This document shows positions 1-12,918 of a stretch of 64,000 nt of DNA, piece by piece (the first letter of the stretch is position 1; every line of letters starts with the position of its first letter). The DNA is taken from positions 16,740,001-16,804,000 of the forward strand of contig OZ024741.1 in assembly GCA_964016885.1 (NCBI GenBank), in the 5' to 3' direction. The position numbers and the translations under genes were made by a program. The notes under the pieces were generated by a model. The model was not told the DNA's origin. It ran no database searches and worked only from the letters and a program-made list of their open reading frames with translations. This stretch comes from Eledone cirrhosa (taxonomy: Eukaryota).

Positions 1-546
<546 letters not shown>

Positions 547-547
547 A

Positions 548-733
548 TTGTTTCTACTTTAGGCACAAGGCCAGCAATCACCCAGTGCATTACTGGTACT
601 TTATTTTATAGACCCAGTAAGGATGAAAGGCAAAGTCAACCTCGGCGGGATTTGAACTCAGATCGTAAAGGGACGTAACTATGCTGGAAAGCATGGCGTC
701 CGACCCTCTACCGAGACTGCCAATCCACCGCCC
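548..733 (-). mobile_element. tRNA-derived SINE, Nin/Deu-type core (family S1)
   Basis: Minus strand has A-box-like TGGCAGTCTCGG, B box GAGTTCAAATCCC and core GACTTTGCCTTTCATCCTT..GGGTC.ATAAAATAAAGTACCAG. Near-identical copies at 52208 and 62423. Confidence 0.85.
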
Positions 734-735
734 TT

Positions 736-766
<31 letters not shown>

Positions 767-1090
767 ATATATATATATATTATATATATATATATTATAT
801 ATATATATATATTATATATATATAATATATATATAATATATATTATATATATATATATTATTTTTACATTCATTTAATTTATTAATTTATTGATATTTTA
901 TTTGAGTGACCCGAATCTTCCTGGTCGTTCTTTTTCAGCTGCACGGGTGATTTTAGGCATGATCTCTATGAGTTGGTATTTTAACGATAGTTATAGCTCT
1001 GATTTTTCCAAATTATTGAGCCCTCTGCCACATATATCGGATATTGTTTATCGTGATTTCGTTGGCTGATATTCCGATTCTCGATTATTC

Positions 1091-1146
<56 letters not shown>

Positions 1147-1147
1147 A

Positions 1148-1340
1148 CGAAGGAAATGTGGTAAGGAACCAGGTGGACCATAACGCACCAAAGTACTCAA
1201 TACTTAGGGTAGTAGAGTGGGTAATAGGAACCAGTAAGACCCCGACGGCTGAGCTCAAACCGTTTCGACGGCTAATTCTGGACAGTACAGAATTAGCCGT
1301 CGAAACGGTTTGAGCTCAGCTGTCGGGGTCTTACTGGTTC
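1148..1340. repeat. PLE pLTR fragment ending in a fold-back palindrome (arms 1228-1280 and 1288-1340)
   Basis: 53-bp arms with one mismatch. The left part matches 24021-24155. Confidence 0.85.
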
Positions 1341-1381
<41 letters not shown>

Positions 1382-1421
1382 ATATATATAGACAGTTGTT
1401 TATAAAGGAAAAAAATAAAAT

Positions 1422-1872
1422 AAGACTCGCTGGTACGCCCACACAAATCTAACGAAACTACACTCGCCGCCCACATCTGGCACCTTAAAAGGAACTCCAT
1501 CGCCTTCAAGACCCAATGGAGACTACTCCAGAGAGCGCGATCCTACACGGGAGGCCATAATTGCTGTGACCTCTGTATCTCCGAGAGCTATGAGATTCTA
1601 TTCGCCAAAGGCCCTCTCCTCAACAAGATCTCGGAACACTCCCCTAATTCCATTCACAAGAACTATGCAAATTACAAAAACTACAGACCCACCCGGCCCC
1701 CCGATTGACCCCCCCCCATATCACCACCCCACCCCGCCCCCATCCCAATTCCGTCCCTCCATCTCTCATTATTACCCTCTTTCCTCCCCTCTATCTCTCA
1801 TTATTACCTTCTTTCCTCCCCTCCAGGTCTTATATATTGTGTTGTATGCCTCTGAGTAAGGTTCCGTGGCCG
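1422..1872 (+). mobile_element. PLE 3' fragment (end of GIY-YIG plus start of pLTR)
   Basis: Hand translation TTLAAHIWHLKRNSIAFKTQWRLL..CDLCISESYEIL..LLNK matches other PLE endonuclease ends in this window. Confidence 0.75.
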
Positions 1873-1959
1873 CACACACAAATTCACGTATATACCTGCT
1901 CATGTTTGCATACGTGCAGTTATGAACTGCTGCACGCACACGTTCGTGATTCTTTGATT

Positions 1960-2970
<1,011 letters not shown>

Positions 2971-2975
<5 letters not shown>

Positions 2976-3225
2976 TAAACGGAATAGAAAATGCTGACAA
3001 ATTGTTCACAGTTGAAAAATGGTTTAATTAGGAATAAAAGAGTATTAGTGATTGTATGGGTTAGTATTCAGTATGGGTTAGTATTCAGTTGTGGTTTTAA
3101 GTTAAGGAAAACTTAAAACCACAACTGAATACTAACCCATACAATCACTAATACTCTTTTATTCCTAATTAAACCATTTTTCAACTGTGAACAATTTGTC
3201 AGCATTTTCTATTCCGTTTACCAAT
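2971..3225. repeat. Long palindrome with ~116-bp arms and a 6-nt spacer (3104-3109)
   Basis: The arms are reverse complements. The left arm carries an extra 17-bp duplication, gtatgggttagtattca. Confidence 0.93.
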
Positions 3226-3333
3226 ATATAATAACTTGTGTGTTACACCTCTATTCTTTTAACTATATATATATAATATATATGCGGTCAAACGCCTAAC
3301 ACACACAACCATCATGCGGCCACCCCCCCCCCC

Positions 3334-3369
<36 letters not shown>

Positions 3370-3699
3370 GATAGGAATTCACTTCGCCAAATTTCATTGC
3401 TTTGCTGTCTACCCCACGATATTCATGTAACGTAATGTACATATTTTCCTTCATCTCTACCTCCACAAACCGCAATTCCTAATTCTAGCGTATTTTCAAA
3501 ACAATCCATATTTCGTATCAAGTCCAAATAGCCAATCTATCGCTAAAACAATCTACATTTTTTGTATTTATTAATTGTTAGATACGAAAGTTTTTGGTCG
3601 TATTAAACAGAACAAATTTTGTATTTTTGTTAATCGCTTGTTAAATGTGCAAGGACCCCATTCAATCATTACCTCCTATCTAGCTACTCAACACCCCTC

Positions 3700-6600
3700 C
3701 CTCCCGCCCCCACGCACCACCACTGCTATTACGTGGACCAATCATAAGCCAGAGCCCCCACGCATCACCAGTATTATTACGCGGACCAATCAGAAGCCAG
3801 AGGCCTATACTATCGCTTGCCTGGTTGCCTTTCGATATATGATGGATGGATGGACTGCGGAATCCTGGAAAGTGGAGGAGAGAGAGAGAAAAATCTGGAC
3901 GCTCAGCGACAATGCCAAAGATAAAGACAAATTCACCTCTTGGACGAGAATGCGAGCACTCCTCATTGTTTCGACCGCGGACGGCTAACATAACCCCATC
4001 GCCCCCCACCGCCCCCAACCCCCAAACGCAATCCAAAACTTCAGAGTTGGTACCATAAATGTAGGCACCCTAAAGGGTCGCGCTAACGAGGTTGTAGAAA
4101 TGCTTGAACGTAAGGAGGTCGATGTTTGTTGTATTCAAGAGACCAGGTAGAGGGGTGGGTCTGCTAGGTTCATTGAGGGTAAAAAACGATGTTATAAGCT
4201 TTTCTGGGTGGGAAACGACGATGGGCTGGGTGGAGTAGGAATCATGGTAGCAGAAAAGTGGGCAGATAAGATAATAGACGTAAATAGAGTGAACGACAGA
4301 ATAATTAAAATACGACTTGTCCTCAATAGAACTACGGTGACAGTAATATCTGCGTACGCACCCCAATCCGGACTGCCCGGCACTATAAAAGACAGATTCT
4401 ATGAGACACTGATGCTAACTACCTCCCAAATATCCGACAGTGACTATATAATTATCGCAGGCGACCTAAATGGTCACGTTGGACAACATTGTGACGGCTA
4501 CGACGAAATCCATGGAGGCTATGGGTTTGGTACTAGAAATGAGGAAGGCTCCAGAATCCTGGAATTCTGTGATGCAAATAACCTAACTATCTGTAACACT
4601 AACTTCAAAAAACGTGACAATCACCTGATCACCTATAGATCCGGGGAACACACAAGCCAGGTAGATTATATCCTTACCAGAAGACGTGACAGAGTGTCTG
4701 TTGTAAACACTAAATCCCTCCCCCATGAAGAATGCACCTCCCAACATAGACTGATAATTAGCAACCTCATAGTCAGGACGAGACGTACTCGACAGCAGAA
4801 GAGGACTATCCTCAGGAGAAAAATATGGAGGCTAAAGGACCCCACAGCCAGGAATAAATTTCAAAACATATTACTTGATGCTTTCGACAGTAAGGAAGAA
4901 CATTTAGAGTCGGACAATATAGAGGGAGAGTGGGAATTTCTGAAAGCAAACCTGCTGTTGGCGACAGACGACGTCTGTGGCTGGAGCAGGCCTGTAGGCA
5001 GGAGGAGAGTAACATGGTGGTGGAACAGTAAGGTGGAGGGGTCAATTAAGGCCAAAAAGCAGGCTTGGAAAGTATGGCGGGATGGGGGAAGTAGAGAAGA
5101 CTATCAAGTGGCCAGGAGGGAAGCTAGGAAACAAGTCTACTTAGCAAGAAGGGAAGCTGAGGAAAGAAAGTTCAAGCATGTTCTACAACGCGATGACCAA
5201 AAACGTGAGGTGTTCAGGATTGCTAGGCAATGCGTCAAGGAAAACCGTGATATTGTCGGGGAGAAGTGTGTACTAAACGACGATGGCACACTTGCCATCA
5301 CCGACGCTGATAAGAAGGTAGCTTGGAAGTGTCACTATGAAAGGCTACTAAATGAGGAGAATAAATGGGAGAAAGACAATCTCCCCCATATCGACCCAAT
5401 AGAGGGACTAGCAGTGTTAGTCGAGGGGAGTATAATAAGTAAGGCAATCAAGGATATGAAGACGGGTAAGGCGGCTGGGCCTTCGGAAATAGTTGCTGAG
5501 ATGCTGAAGGCATCTGGCACGGTGGGACACACCATGGTCACCCGCATAGTTAACCAAGTCGTACAGAATGGGGTTGTTCCGAAGGACTGGCATAGCAGCA
5601 TCATCGTTAACTGTTATAAGGGTAAAGGAGATGCCCTAGATAGGAGTAACTATAGAGGCATTAAATTAATCGACCAGGTCATGAAGGTCACGGAAAAAGT
5701 AATAGCGCAACTAATCAGAGAGAGAATTGACCTAGATGAAATGCAGTTCGGGTTTGTGTCAGGCAAAAGTACCACAGACGCTCTTTTCATTGTACGACAA
5801 CTACAGGAGAAGTACCTAGCTAAAGGTAAAACCCTCTACTTAGCTTTTGTCGACTTGGAGAAAGCCTTCGACAGAGTCCCTCGCTCCATTATCTGGTGGG
5901 CTCTTAGAAAACTAGGCGTTGATGAATGGCTTGTGAGGGCTATACAAGCCATGTATAAAGAAACAGTCAGCAAGGTTAGAATTAACAATGAATATAGTGA
6001 AGAGTTTAGCGTAAAAGTTGGCGTCCATCAGGGCTCTGTTCTCAGCCCCCTACTATTTATTATTGCCCTTCAGGCTATAACAGAGGAGTTCAAGACCGGC
6101 TGCCCATGGGAACTCCTATACGCAGACGACCTGACACTCATAGCGAAATCAATGGCCGAGCTAGAGAAGAAATTCCAAACATGGAAGCACGGCCTAGAAT
6201 CAAAAGGCCTTAAAATTAACCTGGCTAAGACTAAAGTTCTAGTTTGTAGGAAAGAAAATAAGGCGGCGGTCCCTTCTGGGAAATGGTCGTGCTCGGTGTG
6301 TAGGAAAGGCGTAGGTAGAAACTCCATTTTATGTCCTAAATGCAAAGTATGGGTGCATAAAAGATGTAGTGGGATCACAGGTAAGCTAAGAACATAGATT
6401 TTACATGTGGCCGGTGCTCTGGGGCAATAAGTAGCAGCAAGTGCCCACAAAATACTAGCTCTTTCAATTGCGCAGAGGGTTCTATAGAAATAGTGGACAG
6501 CTTCCGTTACCTGGGCGATAAAATCAGCAGTGGGGGAGGGTGCTCTGAAAGTACAGTAGCTAGAGTCAGAACTGGTTGGAAAAAGTTCAGAGAGCTTATA

Positions 6601-7443
6601 CCACTATTAGCTGCTAAAGGGTTCTCCCTAAAAATGAAAGGCAGGCTGTATGATGCCTGCATACGAACAACAATGTTGCATGGCAGTGAGACCTGGGCAT
6701 TGTGTGCAGAGGATATATGCAGACTAGAGAGGAACGAAGCTTGCATGCTCCGCTGGATGTGTAACAGTAATATACGTGAACGGCAAAGCATAAACGAACT
6801 AAGGAAAAAATTAGAAATAAGAGGGATCAGATGTTGTTTACTCGAGAGAAGGCTACGTTGGTATGGACACGTGATGCGCATGAAAGTCGATAGCTGTATA
6901 ACAAAGTGCAGGGCAATAAAGATAGACGGTAGCCACGGAATAGGCAGACCTAGAAAAACCTGGGACGAGCTGATAAACTCCGACCTCACACACTTACACC
7001 TCTCCAAGACAATGTCACTGGACCGAGACCTTTGGCGGTACTCAGTAACAGAGAAGACCCGCCTTACCTAAATACATAGTAAAACCTACTACAGCCAGTA
7101 GGCATCTCTAACAAAATACACCCCGTCCCACCACCCCACCTCGTTCTATGTAAAGTTATGTTGGTGCCACGCCATCCAGGCCGAAACAAATGAGATCGTG
7201 TAGGTGTCACGACAAAAAAACACACAGTCCACGCTGTAATGTGGCCGTGTAGGTAACACGGTAAAAACCTCCCAGACCCACACTGTAAATGTGGTTGGTG
7301 TTAGGAAGGGCATCCAACTGTAGAAAACCTGCCAGACAGTCCTATGCGAGCAAGACAATCACTCTTGCCTCAAGTGGGACTACCCCCGTCCAAACCCATG
7401 CAAGCGTGGAACATGGACGTTAAACGTTGATGATGATGATGAT
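3700..7443 (+). mobile_element. Near full-length RTE LINE, family A (APE, RT with PHD insert, (GAT)n tail)
   Basis: APE motifs GTINVGTL, IQET, SAYAP, GDLNGHVG and SQHR. RT motifs QFGF, FVDLEKAFD, GVHQGSVLSP, YADD and RRLRWYGHV. Stop at ~4148 and 4-bp deletion at ~6388. The 5' boundary is approximate. Confidence 0.95.
4208..7071 (+). pseudogene. RTE-A endonuclease/reverse transcriptase, disrupted (ORFs 4208-6397 and 6493-7071)
   Basis: The frameshift is seen by comparison with the uninterrupted segment at 57105-58040. Confidence 0.93.
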
Positions 7444-7519
7444 ACACACAGAGATATACATATTCACACACACACCTCTCCTCACACATTTATTCACCTA
7501 TATCTTTTTCTATATTTGT

Positions 7520-8155
7520 TTAGTTGTATTTATAATATTTGAATGTCCTAATTTTATGGTCACATACTAAAATTAATTCTTGTCTTTTATTTAATAGAGT
7601 GCCCTTCAATTTAGTAATCTTGAAAATTTCTTGGGAACATAGTCCACACTCCCTTCTATTGCCCTCATAAGAAATAGCTCTCTTAAGAATCTTCCAGTTA
7701 GGTTAGATTTAATATTCCTCTTTTTATAATTATTAACTGCTTCTGCTAAAGAAGTGGTATTAGCTAATTTTGTGTTTCGGGAACTGTGGGTGTGTGTGCA
7801 TAAAATCTCGATTTAAACGGATTAGAAGTGGATCCAATACATGATTGATTAGAGTCCTTAGTGGTGATTACACATTTATATACTATATTCTTAATTAAGC
7901 AATTTCCATTTAAGGGGCAATTATCTTTTATTCTACAATTACAACCGTTTGCATATAGGGTTTCAGATGTGCTATCCATATTCTCAATAATAGTGCTAGT
8001 ATTTGTGTCTACCTTTTTATTTGGGAGAGAAGTATTTTCGGTTGGTTGGTTGCAGCCCAAATTGTTAGTTGGTGATTTTATACTGGATATAGCATTTATA
8101 GAATCATAGTTGTTTTAGATGCTATTGGTTAGATTAGGTATGTAATTCTTAGTCC
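7520..8155 (-). mobile_element. PLE 3' fragment (GIY-YIG endonuclease)
   Basis: ORF 7764-8060: CNC..CPLNGNCLIKNIVYKC..IGSTSNPFKSRFYAH. Confidence 0.88.
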
Positions 8156-8642
8156 CTATTAAGGATGAAGGAAATGGTAGTTGGTTGTAGGCTGCTGTAT
8201 TGTGCTGGTGAGGTGAGTGAGTGGATGTAGCAGGTGGGCATGCAGTAATATTCTGGTTATGCGTTGTATTATTACCATAGTTATCTTGTGTGTGGTGTGC
8301 TATTGCGTGTGGTATAGATGGAGCCTTTTTACATTTATAGATGTTATATGCACTTATTTTTTGTTGTATATTGCTCGATGTGGAGTAAGAAAATGTTACT
8401 GTATGTGGGGGTGGATGTGATGATGAGATGTTGGTGACGGTCGCTTACTGGGATGGGCTGTGGTATGAGGTTAGTGGGTTGTCGGGAGACGGGTTGTCAT
8501 GTGTGGGGTATGGTTGTGGTGTTGTTGTTTATGGTAGTGGCGTTTGTGGTGGTGGTGTCGTGGATGTGTTGGTGGTGTCGAGTCCTTGGGGAGATACATA
8601 CCTAGACACTCTTAGTCTGACATACATGCATATATACACACG

Positions 8643-8690
<48 letters not shown>

Positions 8691-8819
8691 TATGCATACA
8701 CGCACGCATATGTATACGCACGTATATGTAAAAAATACTTACACACAGACACACACATTTGCGTTGGTTCAAGAGGGGAGGTATGTGTTGGTGGTGTTGA
8801 TGAAGTATGGAGTTGTGTG

Positions 8820-9360
8820 TTGTGGTGGTGGTGGTGGTGGAGTTGTGAGCGACAAAAATATACAGGATCGAATAGTACGATGGGTTACAGGTTAAAAGGT
8901 GACATAGGGAAAGCGGGGGAAAAGAGTTTATGGACGTATGGCGATGTGTGTTGTGGTCAAGGTGGTGGTGGTGGTGCTGGGGTGATATGTTCGACAAAAT
9001 GATTACATGATCAGAAGTTACGGTGTGTTACAGGGTAAGGCAGACGGAGGGGGCGGATATAACACAGTCGATCTGGGAGTGAGGGATATGTGTTGATGAT
9101 GTTAATGATTGTTGAAATATGTGGATGTATTTAGTGGTGGCGGTGGTGGTGTGTGCGACAGTACATTTACAGGGTCGAATTTAGCGTGGGTTTGTAGGTT
9201 AAGGTAGACAGAGGGAACATGGGGGTATAAGGTTGCGGGTGTGGATGGTAGACCATGTGTGGTGGGGTGGTGGTGGCGATGTTGTGATATGATCGACATT
9301 GTATTTACAGGATCAGATGTTACTATGGTTTGCAAGGTAAAACATGACAGAGAGGACAGA
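8820..9360. repeat. Degenerate 4-unit tandem array (130-176 bp units) downstream of a PLE
   Basis: The pattern (GGT)n..cgaca..tacaggatc..tac..ggtt..caggt.aa..gac recurs at ~8824, 8960, 9136 and 9266. Confidence 0.65.
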
Positions 9361-9508
9361 TAGAACACAATGTTGCAAGGATGAGGGGGTCTATGGCGAT
9401 GTATGCGGCATGATATACAGAATACGGGATTACAAATGGTTACATGCAATACAATAAAATAAATTCACTGAGATGGGCGATGGTGAGACGGGGCAGAGGT
9501 GGTTATTA

Positions 9509-12052
9509 TTATGCTGGCTCATGGTTAGTGCGCGGCCCTCCCCCGAATGTTTGTGCGGAAAAAGTGTTCAGCCTGGTGTGTCTGCAATTGACAATTATGT
9601 CCGACCTATAGTTTATGGCAGATTTTAATTTAATTATTTCTGCCGCCTCAGCCAGGCATAACCTGCAGTGGTTTCTGTCACTGGGGAGTTGTGCCACGCG
9701 TCTTTTCACTGACCACGAGATCTGGGGTTCGATATTCCTGTCTTTAAGGTCCCAGATCAAATTGACCAGTCTGGCTTGGGGTCGTTTCAGTCTATGTTTA
9801 AAGGAGCTTCTGTGGTTATACCAGCGCTCCTTAAACATAGAGGATGTCGCACCTATATATGAGTACTCCTTATTGCTGGCTGTGACATCACACCGGTAAA
9901 CAATGTTTTTAACGAGGCACTCCGCGTTTAGTGGGCATTCGGCCCGTTTTTTGCAGTTGCAGTTGGGTGTAACCGGTGTGGTGGCACGTTGGCAGTTGGT
10001 GTCATGCGGTGTGGTTCTGGTATGTGGGTTGTTGTGTTGTGTTGTGTGTGTGGTTTCATTCTGGGTTGTGGTGGTGGTTTGTTGTGGGGCAACCATGTGT
10101 TTTCGTATTTTTGTCCTATTAGTGTGTGCTATTGTGTGGCCTAGATTTGGTGCTGTGGAGAAAGAGAATTTTACAGTGTCTATGGAAGAGCTTGTGGTAT
10201 TTATGTGTGCGTGGAAAAGATTGTTCGAGAGCCCTGAAGAAGGTTCTCGGTATATTGGTGGCGACATGTATAGAATATGGGGCGTTGTACCATGTGACAG
10301 GTCTACTTCGGTTTCTGCGGTGTTTAGTGATTGGGTGGTAGTTTGTGTGTGTTTTGGTCAGGCGTATGTGTCATAGTGGTTCCAAGTAATATATTGGCGT
10401 TATGTCTTTGTCTCTATTGGTACGCAAACATGTGCGATAGTCGGAGTCCTTATTGGGGTTGACAGTTGTGTGTGATGCTGGCTGCCCTGCAGGCTACGGA
10501 GGGTCTTAGGTTATTATTTGTCCTCGGTGTGGAGATTTCTTCTATGTTCGTTTCTAAAGGTCCGGTTATGTTTAGCGGCGTTACGGATCTATTTGGGTAG
10601 TGTGGAGTTGTAGTATTCCGCGTGCTGTTTGAAGATATTTCTATTAGCCGACAGGGTGGACACTCTATTGGAGACGCTTTTAATTATTGAGTTAATTATG
10701 CTCCTAGGCTGGTTGGAGTGTCTTGACGTATTTAAGATTTTCATTAAGTTTGTGGAATGGACGGTAGAGGCCTGAGTCTAATTCTAGGGTGACATCTAAA
10801 AAGTTTACTGTCTTATTGTTAAGTTCAATTTCTACCGCTAATCCTTGGGTCTTAAAGATGTACCTAAGTCTTTTGTGTAGTCTATCTAATTGGCTATTAT
10901 TGAGTCCACGGGTCAATAGTAGGGCATCGTCACGGTATAAGCCACCGCCCAAGGAGGGGATCTCGTCTGTTAATATATTTAGGAGGTATATGCCTACTAT
11001 ATCTGTAACCTGTGTGGAGTCAGTCGATCCCATGGTGATGTCGAAGCTATCTGGTCTATTCTGTCGTTCCCACAATCTACCGTCGAATTCTAGTAAAGTT
11101 TTCCTAGCTGTTAGTATTATGTCCACTTCCTTTCTAGTGAGGCTTGATCTGTTCATGGCTGAGATCAGTGCCTTGTTAAGGATGATTGGGGATATAGATG
11201 CGTAGTAGTTCGTAATGTCCAATTGGACTAATCGAACATTCGACTTAGTTTTCCATGGCACAAAACCAGTCGATTACCTCCTTTGTACAAGACCATAGGC
11301 TGGGTTTAGTTCTATTTCTAAGTTCAGGTATAATTCGGTCAATGAATGATTTGCTAAGTCTACTTAGGTCCGATTTAGACGGGGCTATGAGCATGACCGG
11401 TAGTTTTGACTGGAAGTTTATGGTCTTTAATAGTCTCGGTGTCCTAGGGTTGTAGGGATAGGTCCTGTCGTCAATACTCAGTTCGGTCATTATTGTTTTC
11501 GCCTGTTTGTTTATGTGTGCTAGGTTTTCTCGTGTTGATGTTTTGTATATTTTAGCGATTTTGTTTGTAATGCATTTGTTGTAAGTTTTGTACTCCAAAT
11601 TGTATAGGTCTCCTGTTTTATCGGCTGGTACGATGATGCCAGGGCTATTCCTAATCTTGTTTACAGTAGAGGCGAACCCAGACAGGAATGCACGTGTCGG
11701 GGTTTCGCGGTGGTTTCCTCAATCTAATGGTCTGGACCATGGTAATGATCCTGTCCTCAAACTCCTCTAGGAGTGGGTTGCGCGGTGGGTTTTTCGTTGA
11801 TTTAAAAAGTCTTTTTATGTGGTTGGTGGAATTGTCATTTGATCCGGGGGCCCTCCTGTTGTTGTAGTGGTAGGCCCTCCAGCGGATCCTCCTGATGAAA
11901 TTATTTGTCTGCTCTAGCAATAGGTCCATGTAGACATCATCTGAAGGTATAGTTATGTCCTTTAGGGAGCAAGTGTGGTAGAACAATTCCATGGTGTTCC
12001 AGGTAAGTGCTCGACAAAGAAAGGAGCTAAATATCCAGGGGTTGTAACTTGG
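9509..12052 (-). mobile_element. Decayed PLE (RT plus C-terminal GIY-YIG), same family as 34090-37180
   Basis: FIRRIRWRA, QLDITNYY, FDITMGSTDSTQVTDIVG, GLYRDD, VNFLDVTL, CNC..CPL..IVY..YIG. Several frameshifts. Confidence 0.92.
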
Positions 12053-12076
12053 ATATATATATATATATATATATAT

Positions 12077-12618
12077 AACAAAGTGCAGGGCAATAAAGAT
12101 AGACGGTAGCCACGGAATAGGCAGACCTAGAAAAACCTGGGACGAGCTGATAAACTCCGACCTCACACACTTACACCTCTCCAAGACAATGTCACTGGAC
12201 CGAGACCTTTGGCGGTACTCAGTAACAGAGAAGACCCGCCTTGCCAGTAGGCATCTCTAACAAAATACACCCCATCTCGCCACCACCCCCACCCCATCCA
12301 CACCACCCCGTTCTATGTAAAGTTATGTTGGTGCCGCGCCATCCAGGCCGAAACAAATGAGATCGTGTAGGTGTCACGACAAAAAACACACAGTCCACGC
12401 TGTAATGTGGCCGTGTAGGCAACACGGTAAAAACCTCCCAGACCCACACTGTAAATGTGGTTGGTGTTAGGAAGGGCATCCAACTGTAGAAAACCTGCCA
12501 GAAAGTCCTATGCGAGCAAGACAATCACTCTTGCCTCAAGTGGGACTACCCCCGTCCAAACCCATGCAAGCGTGGAACACGGACGTTAAACGTTGATGAT
12601 GATGATGATGATGATGAT
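12077..12618 (+). mobile_element. RTE-A 5'-truncated copy
   Basis: Matches 6899-7443 and has a (GAT)n tail. Confidence 0.95.
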
Positions 12619-12816
12619 ATATATATATATATAGTTAGAGAAGCAAAAAATTGCTTATTGTGATCCAGTTTTTGGTTAAGAAAGCCAGTTTCATGGATGG
12701 TTTCAACGTACGGTTAGGGGTAACTCCAGAAGTTTGTAAGAATTCCGTTCAATCTTGGAGTATAAAGTATAAAAGAGAAAACACAGGTAAGCATTAAGAG
12801 AAAGATTTTATCCAGG

Positions 12817-12918
12817 TATTTACGACCGTTTCATTGGTAAGTGCAACCTTATATTGCTATACTGCAAATAGCAGCCACTCAATTATAATTGTTGTTCACA
12901 GTCCAAATTTTCAAAATA
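12817..12918 (-). ncRNA. Type I hammerhead ribozyme, U3-A8 core variant
   Basis: uauu-UUGAAAA-u-uugg..ccaa-u-GAAAC-GGUC-GUA-aaua. Confidence 0.7.

Noticed and set aside
1849-1872. Hammerhead-like CTGAGTA-ggtt-ccgt-ggcc-g
   Set aside because: Core mismatch and truncated before GAAA, so at most a remnant
3940-3995. HDV-like ribozyme at the RTE-A 5' end (ctcctcat loop, gg..ctaa)
   Set aside because: I could not find nearby P1 and P2 partners by eye; a covariance search would be needed
6507-7007. Antisense ORFs recurring in RTE copies
   Set aside because: Shadows of the coding strand, recurring only because the element is repeated
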